This document shows positions 7,325 through 17,000 of a stretch of DNA of 64,000 bases, piece after piece. Origin of the DNA: a virus (Duplodnaviria; Heunggongvirae; Uroviricota; Caudoviricetes); IMG/VR virus record IMGVR_UViG_3300037882_000610, positions 17,576 through 81,575 of that record; one strand, written 5' to 3'. The position numbers and the translations under genes are program-made. The stretch's first letter is position 1, and each line of letters opens with the position of its first letter. The notes below the pieces were generated by a model that did not search any database, was not told the origin of the DNA, and saw nothing but the letters and a program-made list of their open reading frames with translations.

Positions 7325-7844
7325 CTCTGTGTTGGCTCGACTGGCTGCTTCATGGGGCATCAGCGCTGACGCTGCTCCCGTGGCTGCTGATGTCGCTGCC
7401 CTCCAAACTGAATTCGACGCCTTCCGCGCACAAGCGGCTGGCGAACTCGCAGAAGTACAAGGCGTCGTAGATGCACTTGCTACTGCTGTCAAGGAAGTAG
7501 AAGCAGAACGTGATGCTCTGACTGCAAAGCTCAGTGCTCTCGAAACTGCTAACGCTGATGTAGTTGCACAAGCTGCTGCTGCAAAGGTTAAGGCACGTGA
7601 AGACAAGCTGATTGCTCTGCTTGGAACTGAACGCGCAGCACCTGTAATTCAAGCGACCAATGGTCTGCCTGATGAAGGTTTCGAAGCTGTAGTGGCTGCA
7701 ATGACTGCTGCCTCTGCTGCTGAATCTACGTCTCCTTTGTTTACTGAGGCTGGTGTCCAAGCAGAAGCTAAGGCTTCCGCAGCAGACGGCCCGTCGCTGG
7801 AAATGCAAATCCTCCGCAAGCAGTACGCCAAGAGCGCTGCCTAA
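7314..7844 (+). CDS. scaffolding protein (Ala-rich coiled coil)
   Basis: Ala/Glu-rich heptad-like sequence between protease and capsid genes. ATG 7314 with RBS AAGGAAC; overlaps protease end by 11 nt. Confidence 0.55.
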   Translation: MKSNSVLARLAASWGISADAAPVAADVAALQTEFDAFRAQAAGELAEVQGVVDALATAVKEVEAERDALTAKLSALETANADVVAQAAAAKVKAREDKLIALLGTERAAPVIQATNGLPDEGFEAVVAAMTAASAAESTSPLFTEAGVQAEAKASAADGPSLEMQILRKQYAKSAA

Positions 7845-7860
7845 TCCACAAGGAATATAA

Positions 7861-8271
7861 ATGCCTGTTTTCGCTACTGACACAACTCGCCTCTCGGCCG
7901 TAGTTAAGTCTGAATTTGAGCCCGCAAGTGGCTACTGCCGTGAATCCATTGTTATCAATGACGTTGCTGCGACCCTCAAGGTTGGCACTGTCCTTGGTAA
8001 GGTAACTGCCACTGGCAAGTACAAGGTTTCTCTCAGCGCTGCCGTTGACGGCTCGCAAACCCCCGCTGGCGTTTACATCGCTGACGTGATGGGTCAATCC
8101 GGTGACCTCGTGCTGGCTGCTGCCACTGACACGAAGGCGATCATCCTTGCTCGTGGCCCTGCCATCGTTGCAGATGCTGGTCTGACACTGGGAACTGGTA
8201 TCACTGCTGCTGCTGCTAAGACAGCCCTGCAAGCTCTGGTGCCGCCTATCCTCGTTGAAGTCGCGGTTTAA
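7861..8271 (+). CDS. head decoration protein (gpD-like position)
   Basis: 136-aa Gly/Ala/Val-rich beta-type protein directly upstream of major capsid gene. RBS AAGGAA. Confidence 0.5.
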   Translation: MPVFATDTTRLSAVVKSEFEPASGYCRESIVINDVAATLKVGTVLGKVTATGKYKVSLSAAVDGSQTPAGVYIADVMGQSGDLVLAAATDTKAIILARGPAIVADAGLTLGTGITAAAAKTALQALVPPILVEVAV

Positions 8272-8291
8272 TTTTTAAGGAATAACTAGAA

Positions 8292-9326
8292 ATGATTATC
8301 CGCTCATTTGCCAATGGCTTTGAAGTTCAAGACTGGACTGAAGAAGTTAACGTAGTTCCCAATCAGTGGGGCACTATCGGCCAGCTCGGCATCTTCCAAG
8401 AAGAGTCCGTTGCAGAACACTCGGTTGTGTTCGAAGAAATCACGAAGGACGGCGCCCTGTTGGTTGACCGTGTTCGTGGAGACCGTGGAACCCAAGGTAA
8501 GGACGCTAGCCGCAAGCTGCACAACTTCCTGATTCCTCACTTCCCACACGACGACTACATCTCGCCGCAAGACCTGCAAGGTAAGCGCGCCTACGGAAAC
8601 GTATCGGCTGCTGAAACCCTGGCTGCTGTCCGTGCACGCAAGATGGAACGTATCCGTCAGAACCACGCCTGGACTCTGGAACGTGCTCGCGCACAAGCCA
8701 TCGTTCTGGGAACTGTGTACGCTCCTAACGGAACCGTATCGCAAGACTGGTTCGCGGAATTCGGTATCACCCGCAAGACGGTTGACTTCGTTCTGGGCAC
8801 TTCGACAACTGAAGTTGTTGCCAAGATTGAAGAAGGTCTGGCTCACATCCAAGACAACGCATTCGGAACGAACTACACCGACACTATCGTGCTGTGTTCG
8901 CCTGAATTCTTCGCGAAGCTGATTTCTCACGCTTCGGTGAAGACTGCGTATATGTACTACGCTCGTGCACAAGACCCGCTGGCTTCGCGCCTGGGTGGTG
9001 TGTCCACTCGTCACCGTGTGTTCGAATTCGGCGGAACAACCTTCCTCGAAATGCGTGACACTCTCGGTGGTACGCTCGGGGCTGGTACTGGTACTCGTCT
9101 GATCCCTGCCAACGAAGCCTACATGGTTGTTCGTGGTAGCGATGCATTCAAGACCTACTTCGGTCCTGCGAATCGTTTCGAATTCGTCAACACGCTCGGC
9201 GAACAAGTTTACTTGTTTGAGACTGCTGACCTCAAGGGAACGAAGATCGAGTTGGAAAGCGAAACGAACTTCGTGAACGCTCTGATGCGTCCTGCCCTGG
9301 CAGTGAAGTTCACCACTTCGAACTAA
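8292..9326 (+). CDS. major capsid protein (lambda gpE-like)
   Basis: 344 aa following protease-scaffold-decoration genes. Strong RBS; followed by terminator. Confidence 0.7.
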   Translation: MIIRSFANGFEVQDWTEEVNVVPNQWGTIGQLGIFQEESVAEHSVVFEEITKDGALLVDRVRGDRGTQGKDASRKLHNFLIPHFPHDDYISPQDLQGKRAYGNVSAAETLAAVRARKMERIRQNHAWTLERARAQAIVLGTVYAPNGTVSQDWFAEFGITRKTVDFVLGTSTTEVVAKIEEGLAHIQDNAFGTNYTDTIVLCSPEFFAKLISHASVKTAYMYYARAQDPLASRLGGVSTRHRVFEFGGTTFLEMRDTLGGTLGAGTGTRLIPANEAYMVVRGSDAFKTYFGPANRFEFVNTLGEQVYLFETADLKGTKIELESETNFVNALMRPALAVKFTTSN

Positions 9327-9351
9327 TCACCTGAGCCCTCGGGCTTGGAAC

Positions 9352-9392
9352 AAGCCCCTTCCCTCTCTATGGGAGGGGGCTTTATTCTTTTA
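9352..9392 (+). terminator. rho-independent terminator after capsid gene
   Basis: 7-bp stem aagcccc/ggggctt with inner imperfect stem, then ttattctttt. Confidence 0.55.
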
Positions 9393-9396
9393 GAGT

Positions 9397-9870
9397 ATGG
9401 GTGAAATCGAAGCTGAAATGGAGCGTAAGAGGCAGGCTAGCAGATTGGCCTCCCAACGCTACTATGCCCGCAATAGAGATGCTGTAAAGACGAGAACACT
9501 TGCTTACGGTCAACGGCCTGAAGTCAAAGTACGTAGAAAAATTCTCAACAATGAGAACATCAACGTTGCGATTCGCAAGGCAGAGTGGCGAAAAGCTAAC
9601 CCTCATAAGATGGCTGCGTACAAGCGCAGACGTAAGGGCGTGGAAGCTACGGCCACTCCCTCTTGGGCCGAAGATGAGTGGGAAAGCTTTACTATGGCGG
9701 AAATCTACAGTCTAGCCAAACTTCGAACAGAAGCTACAGGCTTCGACTGGCATGTAGACCATATCGTCCCTCTTGTTTCTAAGGTAGTTTGTGGACTCCA
9801 CTGCTTTGCCAATCTACAAGTAATACCTGCAACAATGAATCTACGCAAAGGAAATAAGCATGCCACTTGA
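9397..9870 (+). CDS. HNH homing endonuclease, paralog of 24586..25068
   Basis: FDWHVDHIVPL...CGLHCFANLQ...N..KGNK (HNH). C-terminal about 60 aa nearly co-linear with the other copy. Confidence 0.7.
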   Translation: MGEIEAEMERKRQASRLASQRYYARNRDAVKTRTLAYGQRPEVKVRRKILNNENINVAIRKAEWRKANPHKMAAYKRRRKGVEATATPSWAEDEWESFTMAEIYSLAKLRTEATGFDWHVDHIVPLVSKVVCGLHCFANLQVIPATMNLRKGNKHAT

Positions 9871-10285
9871 CCCTACAACATCTCTAGGCAAAGTTCGGCT
9901 GAAAATCGGCGACTACAGCGACCTTCCTATCCTGCCTGACGCGGTTATCAACTCTGCTCTGACAGACAGCAATAACAACGTCAACAGGGCATCGTCTCTG
10001 TGCGCTCAGTACATCCTAGGTGCACTGACTGCCAAGACACACAAGCGACTGGCTCAGCTCGAAACTTGGTCTGGTGAGCAATTCACCAACTACGTCAAGT
10101 TCTTGCAGATGACTGTCTTGAATCCTCACCTCACAACCGTGGCTCCTATCCCGTATAGCGGCAGCGGAACTGAGGATCATCCGATTCAAGACTTCGTGAA
10201 GGACTGGAAGGATGGCTACCTGCCCGGCTCTGAGGTAATTCCGCCGCAAGATGGTGGAAGGGTGATTGAATATGCATTCACTTGA
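9860..10285 (+). CDS. head-tail connector / head completion protein (putative)
   Basis: 141-aa ORF in connector position after capsid. No diagnostic motif. Confidence 0.35.
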   Translation: MPLDPTTSLGKVRLKIGDYSDLPILPDAVINSALTDSNNNVNRASSLCAQYILGALTAKTHKRLAQLETWSGEQFTNYVKFLQMTVLNPHLTTVAPIPYSGSGTEDHPIQDFVKDWKDGYLPGSEVIPPQDGGRVIEYAFT

Positions 10286-10655
10286 AGAAGCGGCCCGTGA
10301 GCTGATTTTGGAGTTCGGAGGTACTGGCACCTACACCAGCACTACTGAAGGCTCCTATGACGTTTCTACGGCCTCTGTGACCCGTGTAGAGCTGAACCAA
10401 ACAGTCCCGATGGTGCTTGTTGACCTTACGCTGCAAAGCAACGGCATGAGCACGAAGTACGGAACTCAAGTTTTGGCTGGAGACAGGGAGGCTTATGTCA
10501 TCCCTCCTCACAAGTACGGTGGACAGCAAGTCAGCATCACCCCCAACTCTGACCGAGTGACATTTGGTGGCGTGACGTACACGGTAGTGACTTTCAAGGA
10601 TGCCAATCCCTCGGGAACGGATTCTTGGGTTTGGTACTTGTACCTGCGTCGCTGA
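10266..10655 (+). CDS. head-tail joining protein (putative)
   Basis: 129-aa ORF overlapping previous gene; synteny only. Confidence 0.3.
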   Translation: MNMHSLEEAARELILEFGGTGTYTSTTEGSYDVSTASVTRVELNQTVPMVLVDLTLQSNGMSTKYGTQVLAGDREAYVIPPHKYGGQQVSITPNSDRVTFGGVTYTVVTFKDANPSGTDSWVWYLYLRR

Positions 10656-10664
10656 GTGCCAGTA

Positions 10665-10693
10665 TTGACAAACATACTCCTGCGTGCTATAAT
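10665..10693 (+). promoter_or_regulatory. consensus sigma70-type promoter TTGACA-N17-TATAAT upstream of tail gene block
   Basis: -35 10665-10670, -10 10688-10693. RBS GGAGAT and GTG start at 10714. Confidence 0.6.
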
Positions 10694-10713
10694 CTCGCAG
10701 GTTTGGAGATTGC

Positions 10714-11139
10714 GTGAAGTTCTCTGACTCACTCCGGGCGAACATCAAGAAAGCGCTCTGGCGAGTAAACGAAGCCTCGTACAAAGTCGCCAGAGCGTTG
10801 TTCGAGAGTGTAGTCAAGCTGACTCCCTCTCCATCACATCCCGGCCCACACGCCCACGGCATGTTGGCAAACCAGTGGTATCCAGACGAGAACGACTTCT
10901 CTGAAGAATTGGATAACCGGCTGAGCCCTACAGGGGCAGATAGCCTTGCTCGCATTCGAGCCATGAAGGGCTACGTCTTCAATCAGCGTGACGGCAAGCT
11001 GACACTCACCAACAACCTCTCATACGCCTACAGAGTGGAAGCTTTGGGCTGGCCTGTGGCTGATGGTTGGAGTGGACAGATTGGTCCGTATCGCATGGTT
11101 GCTCTCTCAATTCAACTGATTGCAGCAAGGTACAAATGA
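10714..11139 (+). CDS. tail completion / neck protein (putative)
   Basis: 141-aa ORF, GTG start, first gene after promoter; synteny. Confidence 0.35.
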   Translation: MKFSDSLRANIKKALWRVNEASYKVARALFESVVKLTPSPSHPGPHAHGMLANQWYPDENDFSEELDNRLSPTGADSLARIRAMKGYVFNQRDGKLTLTNNLSYAYRVEALGWPVADGWSGQIGPYRMVALSIQLIAARYK

Positions 11140-11549
11140 GCAATTCCATTGTACGAAATGCACTGGAGGCTCGACTGAAAGCTTGGGCTCTGGCTCAACC
11201 TACAGCGCCTGCAATCGCATTCGAAAATAGAGCTTTCCCAAAGCCTCAGATTTCGCCTACGGCACCTCTGTGGGTTGAGTGCAAGCTACTCCCGAATCAA
11301 GTATTTAGTCGGGACACGACGGCTCTCAAAGAGACGTTTATCGGGTTCTTCCAAGTGAACGTATGGGGTCCAGCCAACAACGGCATGGGTTCAACGGAGC
11401 AAATGGCGAACTCAATCAAGCAGGCATTCCCTGTGATCCCGAAGCTCGGTGGCGTGTCCATCGAACAACCTCCCAAGGTAGGCTCTCCACTGCAAGATAG
11501 CGGTTGGATTGTCGTACCAGTTCTCATCTCCTACCGCTACGAAAGCTAA
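11136..11549 (+). CDS. tail terminator protein (gpU/DUF4128-like, putative)
   Basis: ATG 11136 overlaps previous stop (ATGA). Position before tail tube gene. Confidence 0.35.
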   Translation: MSNSIVRNALEARLKAWALAQPTAPAIAFENRAFPKPQISPTAPLWVECKLLPNQVFSRDTTALKETFIGFFQVNVWGPANNGMGSTEQMANSIKQAFPVIPKLGGVSIEQPPKVGSPLQDSGWIVVPVLISYRYES

Positions 11550-11555
11550 GGAAAC

Positions 11556-11912
11556 ATGGCTGCTATTACACAAACAGTGGGTGTCAAGTTGGCATCTGCG
11601 CCGATCAACCTGACTCGCACAACCCTGACTGCATCTGACACTTTGGTGTACGGGGCTGGCGCAGGACAAGTTCTGCAACTCTACAACACAACTGCTTCCC
11701 CAGTTGTTGTCACTCTGACGGGCGATGCCCCGACTCCTCTGAATCCTGCGGGCTACGGTGGTGCTGTGACGACTACAGGTGGCAAGGCAGTGACTGTTCC
11801 TGCAAGCGGTTGGACAAACGTCTCGCTTGATGCAATTTCAGCATTCATCACTGGTGTGAACCCTGTCGCAGTGACAGGCGGAACTGGTGTTATTGCTGCC
11901 CTCTACAACTAA
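11556..11912 (+). CDS. hypothetical tail-associated protein (Thr/Gly/Val-rich)
   Basis: 118-aa ORF with RBS AAGGAAA. Confidence 0.3.
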   Translation: MAAITQTVGVKLASAPINLTRTTLTASDTLVYGAGAGQVLQLYNTTASPVVVTLTGDAPTPLNPAGYGGAVTTTGGKAVTVPASGWTNVSLDAISAFITGVNPVAVTGGTGVIAALYN

Positions 11913-11926
11913 GCAAAGGATACATC

Positions 11927-12370
11927 ATGACTGTGATGACCACAGCCGGCTCACAATTTAAGGTGACGGCATCTGCCCCTGCAACTTACGACGCAACGGG
12001 CTACAACGCCATCTACGGTGGCATGGGCCTCGTCGGTGAAGTAACTGACATGGGTGAAGTGGGACGTGAATACAACGTCGTGAACCACAACCCGATCAGC
12101 AATCGTCTGACGCAGAAGATCAAGGGCAGCTACAACGCAGGCTCCATCACTCTGCAATTCGGACGCGACTTCACGGACGCTGGTCAATCGACCCTGTTCA
12201 CGGCTTCGCGCAGCGACTCTCCGTACAGCTTCGTTATCGTTCTCCAGAACGGCAAGCGCCTGTACTTCACCGGTCTCGTGACAAGCTTCAAGAACTCGGT
12301 CGGCTCTGTTGACCAAATCACTGCGGCTAGCTGCGTGATTGAACTCCAGACGGACGTTGTTGAAGTCTAA
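11927..12370 (+). CDS. major tail (tube) protein
   Basis: 147-aa ORF immediately upstream of G/GT chaperone pair. RBS AAGGA. Confidence 0.5.
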   Translation: MTVMTTAGSQFKVTASAPATYDATGYNAIYGGMGLVGEVTDMGEVGREYNVVNHNPISNRLTQKIKGSYNAGSITLQFGRDFTDAGQSTLFTASRSDSPYSFVIVLQNGKRLYFTGLVTSFKNSVGSVDQITAASCVIELQTDVVEV

Positions 12371-12457
12371 TCTGACTTCTCAATTCTGAGAATAGAGGGA
12401 GAGGCATTGACCTCTCCCCACCCCATCTTACCACAACAGCACAAAGGAATACACAAC

Positions 12458-12865
12458 ATGGCATTCAATCTCAACAAGGCTCCTACCTTCAAGGACACAT
12501 ACGTTCTGCAACTGAAGGACGCTATCACTGACGAACTCCTGTTCGAAGATGACAAGCAAGAAGTGCCTGTGACCATCACTCTCTTCGGCAAGAGCAGCAA
12601 GCAGTATCGCAATGCTGTGACAGCCATGCAGAACCGTGAACTCCGTCGCAAGGCAAAGAAGGACACGGCCACTGCTGAGCAAATTCAGAAGGAATCGACT
12701 GACCTGTTGGTCGCTTGCTCTGCTACCTCTACCCTCGAACTCGACGGAGAAGTTGTGGACAACAAGGCAGCTTTCGAGAAGCTGTACCAGAACACGGAAC
12801 TCTCTTGGATTCGCGACCAAGTTGATGCGGCTCTGGGAGACGACTCCAATTTTTTGGTGAAGTAA
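12458..12865 (+). CDS. tail assembly chaperone (gpG-like)
   Basis: ATG 12458 with RBS AAGGAA. Acidic 135-aa protein ending at slippery site. Confidence 0.55.
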   Translation: MAFNLNKAPTFKDTYVLQLKDAITDELLFEDDKQEVPVTITLFGKSSKQYRNAVTAMQNRELRRKAKKDTATAEQIQKESTDLLVACSATSTLELDGEVVDNKAAFEKLYQNTELSWIRDQVDAALGDDSNFLVK

Positions 12866-13302
12866 CCGACTCGCTAAAGCAGTACGTGCGGCACCTAGGG
12901 TGGCTGCACGCTACAGAGGAAGGTTCCAAGAAATCCCGTATGGCACTGTTCAGGGCAATGAGTGAAGACCACACATACCTGACCATGCCAGATATTGAAA
13001 CTGACCACGCTGCCGGCTACCTGATAGGTTTGCTGCAAGAAGCAGGCCTCATGTCCTCAAACGGCATGGGGCCTGTTCCTATTTCGTGGCAGGAGATTTA
13101 CACATGGATTACGGTGACTCGGAGAAATCTGAGCAACTGGGAAATCCTAATGTTGAAGAGTCTGAGCGAAGAATACGTTAGCGAACTGTTGCAGGCTACA
13201 GCCCGGAACAGACCAGCTCCGTACTCTGTCCAAGAGACAGAACGCAAGGCCGTTGAGCACAAGATCATGAGCATCATGGGAAGTCGAATTCGCCGTGAGT
13301 AG
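12458..13302 (+). CDS. tail assembly chaperone frameshift product (gpGT-like), -1 shift near 12853
   Basis: Continuous -1 frame from slippery site through 13302; lambda-like G/GT architecture directly upstream of tape measure. Confidence 0.45.
12850..12856 (+). other. -1 programmed ribosomal frameshift slippery heptamer T_TTT_TTG
   Basis: X_XXY_YYZ in the G frame, 3 codons before stop. The -1 frame is open from here into ORF 12886..13302. Confidence 0.5.
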
Positions 13303-14008
13303 AAAGCTAACGACAGAAGAGTTCATCACTAAGGCCAGAGAAGTTCATGGCGACAAATGGGATTACAGCCTAGTAGATTATGAATGTGCTACCAAGCCTG
13401 TAAAAATTACTTGCCCTCAGCATGGAGTGTTCCTCCAATCACCCGGACCCCACGTTCTACAGAGACAGGGTTGCCCTGAGTGTGGTAAGTGGAAGTCTGG
13501 TGCTGCGAGAGTCTGTAAGCAAGAGCATTTTCTAAGCAAACTTAGTGATGACTACAAAGCCACTTATGACTTGACTTTGGCTATCTACCAAGGTCTGTAC
13601 TCCCCGGTAACTGTGAGCTGCAAGGAGCATGGCAGATTTCAAGTCAAACCTTGCGATATGTACAAAGGTGCGGGCTGTGTTAAGTGTGCCACATCTGGCT
13701 TCAAAATTGACATACCTGCGTACCTATACGTACTGCAATCAGATGGTAGTGTCAAATTAGGGATAACCAACCGAAAACCGTTGGACAGGGCTCGAAGAAT
13801 CTCTTCATCGTCGGGTGTGGAACATACGGTGGTGCAATCCTTCTACTTTGATCTTGGTAGTGAGGCAAGGAAGTTAGAATCGACGTTGCTTGAAATTCTC
13901 CGAAAGGATTACGACAACCCGCGAGATGTTTATGATGGCTATACGGAGTCCTTTGTCGGCATTGATGCTGCAACTCTGATAGAAAAGATAATCGACCTAC
14001 AGAGGTAA
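13295..14008 (+). CDS. putative nuclease (T5orf172/GIY-YIG-like C-terminus) with N-terminal CxxC zinc-ribbon repeats
   Basis: Four CxxC pairs (CPQHG, CPECG, CKEHG, CVKC), then VKLGITN...RAR. Inserted between chaperone and TMP. Confidence 0.35.
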   Translation: MSRKLTTEEFITKAREVHGDKWDYSLVDYECATKPVKITCPQHGVFLQSPGPHVLQRQGCPECGKWKSGAARVCKQEHFLSKLSDDYKATYDLTLAIYQGLYSPVTVSCKEHGRFQVKPCDMYKGAGCVKCATSGFKIDIPAYLYVLQSDGSVKLGITNRKPLDRARRISSSSGVEHTVVQSFYFDLGSEARKLESTLLEILRKDYDNPRDVYDGYTESFVGIDAATLIEKIIDLQR

Positions 14009-14011
14009 ATA

Positions 14012-17000
14012 ATGACAATGGATGTAAGTCGCCTTGGCATCGTAGTTGAATCGACAGGTATCAATGAAGCACGGAAGGCCCTCGACGGTGGCAATGGTCG
14101 CGGAGGCCTTCTTGGCGCTGCGGAAAAGACTGAGAAGGTTGTAGTCAAGTTGACGGACTCGCTGAGCAAGATGCTCAGTGCGAACGCTTCTGGCACTACA
14201 GCAGCTTGGAATCAATCCCTGGCGACATTGGGCAATACGCTCAACGCTCTCAACACCAACGTGGCTGCTACGACTCGTGCCTTGCAAGGCATGGCTCCAG
14301 CTATGCAGAACGCAGCCGCTGCAACGAATCAAGCTGCTACAGCTAACGCCCGCAAGTCTTCTACGGGCAATGTAGTAACGAACACACTGAAGGCAATGAC
14401 GACGGCAGCGGTTGCTTACAACGCTGTCAATCTCGGCATGTCTGTCGTCAAGCAAGCTGATGCTTGGGTGATGATGCAAGCCCGTCTGCGTAATGCAACG
14501 GGAAGTATGAACAACGCACGCGCTGCTCAAGAGCAGATGTTTGACCTGTCTCAGCGCCTGCGTGTGCCTCTTGAAGAATCCGTAAAGCTGTACACACGTC
14601 TCGCTCCCGCGATGCAGAGTGCAGGGAAGTCTTCAGAGTACGCAAAGAACATGGTCGAAGGTATCGCCACTGCTTTGCAGTTGGGTGGTGCTAACGGGTC
14701 TGAAACGTCCTCTGTGATGTTGCAGCTCTCGCAATCGTTCAGCTCTGGTGTTTTGAACGGTGCTGAATTCAACGCTGTTGCCGAAAACGGTAGCGTGCTG
14801 ATGAAGGCCCTGCGTGACTCTACAGGGATGAGCAACGCAGAACTGAAGAAGCTTGGCTCACAAGGCAAGCTGTCTATGGAGACAGTCGGGAAGGCTATCG
14901 AGAAGGCTCTGCCAATGTGGCGTGAGCAGTTCGACCGTCTGCCTCTGACGTTTGAAGGTGGTATGCAACGTCTCAAGAATGCCTGGACTAAGGCAGTCGG
15001 CGAGATGGGTGAGGACACAGGCTTCAACAAGCGCTTGTCCGAAGCTCTGCGCGTCATTGAGAACATGATCCCCGCAATCGCACAAGGACTGGGCAATGCC
15101 TTTGTCGGTGTGCTGAAGTGGGTTGATGCAAACAAGGTTGTACTCGGCCAAATCTGGGATCAAGTCACAGGCCTGATTGTAGATGTGCTGAAGCTCGGTG
15201 CATCGTTTGCTAGCCTCACTGGCGCCGTCGTTGGTGTTGGTGAAGAGATTAGCGTGTGGGGTCTGTTGATCTACACGGTGCGTGGCATGTTGGCTGCTGC
15301 GGCAGACATTGTTAAGGTTGTTGGTGCAGCGTTCGTGCACGTTGGCCTGGACATTGGAACATTCTTTGTCTACCCAATTTACAAGGCTCTGGAAGGTATT
15401 CAGTGGCTGTTGGATGCGTTCAAGAAGTTGATCGAATTTGCTGTCCCTGGACTCCGCGCTATCGGCAAGAACGATGCAGCCGATCAGTTGCAAAAGCAAG
15501 CTGACACAATTGGCGAGTGGGCTACAAAGGCTGGTGACTACGCTAAGTCCATTGACAAGTTCTTTACGGATGCTCGTGCATCTGTGAATGGCTGGACGAA
15601 GGACTTGGAAGATGGCAACGGGGAACTGGATAAGTTCCTTCGTGGGGACGATCTTGACAAGAAGATTGCAGCCCGTGAAAAGGCTCGCATGGACGAAGAA
15701 GCTTGGGCTAAGAACAACCCTGCCAGAAAGAAGAACGCAGTCGATCCGAAGATTCAAGATGCTGTGAACCGTGAGGCCAACAAGTATTACGAAGCTCTCG
15801 GCCACATCAATGCAGCTCTGCGTGAGCAGCAAGCAATCGCTGAAGGCCTTGCTACAAAGGGCTTGGACTACGACAAGGTAGGAACGCAGGCCAAGAAGCT
15901 CCTCGAACTCGAAGAGAAGCTTGGTGCTCTCCGTAAGGAAAAGAGCAAGGACAGTGCTGCTGATGCTGCTCGCAAGGCAGACATCGGCTACACGCAACAA
16001 CTCATTGCTGCTCAGAAGATTGTCGCTGCACAAGAAGCTTTGAACATTGCTGACAAGGCCCGTCTGACAAACGAAGAGGGCTTCATTCAGAAGCAGACAA
16101 CCACTCTCGACAACCTCAAGCAACAGACTGTAGAAGCTGAGCACAAGCTCAAGACCTATGGAATGGAGAAGGGGGCTCTGGAAGAGCTTGAACTCGTTGA
16201 AGCTCGTCGTGCCCTCCTGGCATTTGAACTGCTCCACGGGAAGGAAACTCTGTCTACGAACGAAGCTCGCATGCTCTCGCTCCTCAAGGAGCAAGTAGAG
16301 TGGGCGGAACGTTTGAAGGTTGCCCGTTCAGGGATTGGTGAGAAGGAGTCTGGTAAGGAGTTCGACAAGCTCTTTGACGCCCGCAAGGCTGAGAAGTTCA
16401 CTGCAACTCTGACAGAAGGTTTTGGCAAGGCTGGTAAGGCTATGGGTCAGCTCGCTAACGCGGCAGACAAGTACCTTGCACGTCAAGCGAAGATTGCTCA
16501 AGGTCGCACTATCCTCGACAAGATGGATAAGTCAACGGCTGAATACGCGAAGCGCAATGACAAGCTGATGCAGGAAGAAGCGGAGTCTCGCATTGCTTCT
16601 TATGCTGACATGGCTGGAGCAGCAAAGACTTTCTTCGAAGAAGGTTCTAAGGGCTACAAGGCTATGGAAGCTGCGGAAAAGACTTTCCGTTTGTTCCAAA
16701 TGGCAATGCAGCTCAAGAGCTTCCTGCAAGAGATTGGCTTCATTACGACGACGACAACGGCTGCTGTGACAGGCGACGCGGTTAAGGCTGCTTCTGCTAC
16801 AGCATCTGCGGGTGTGCAAGCATCTGCTTCGATGGTGTCTGGAACAGCGGCTGCGGCGGCTGGCGTGGCGAATCAAGCTGGTGGTGATCCTTACTCTGCA
16901 TTTGTTCGTATGGCTGCTATGGCTGCCATCATGGCTGCTCTCGGGTTCGCTGTAGGTGGTGGAGGCAAGAGTGTAGACGTGGCTAAGCAACGGCAAGCTG

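Noticed and set aside
14858-16294. 478-aa - strand ORF inside the tape measure gene
   Set aside because: Antisense shadow of a long Ala-rich gene (Leu/Ser/Cys-rich, no RBS); TMP frame is unambiguous.
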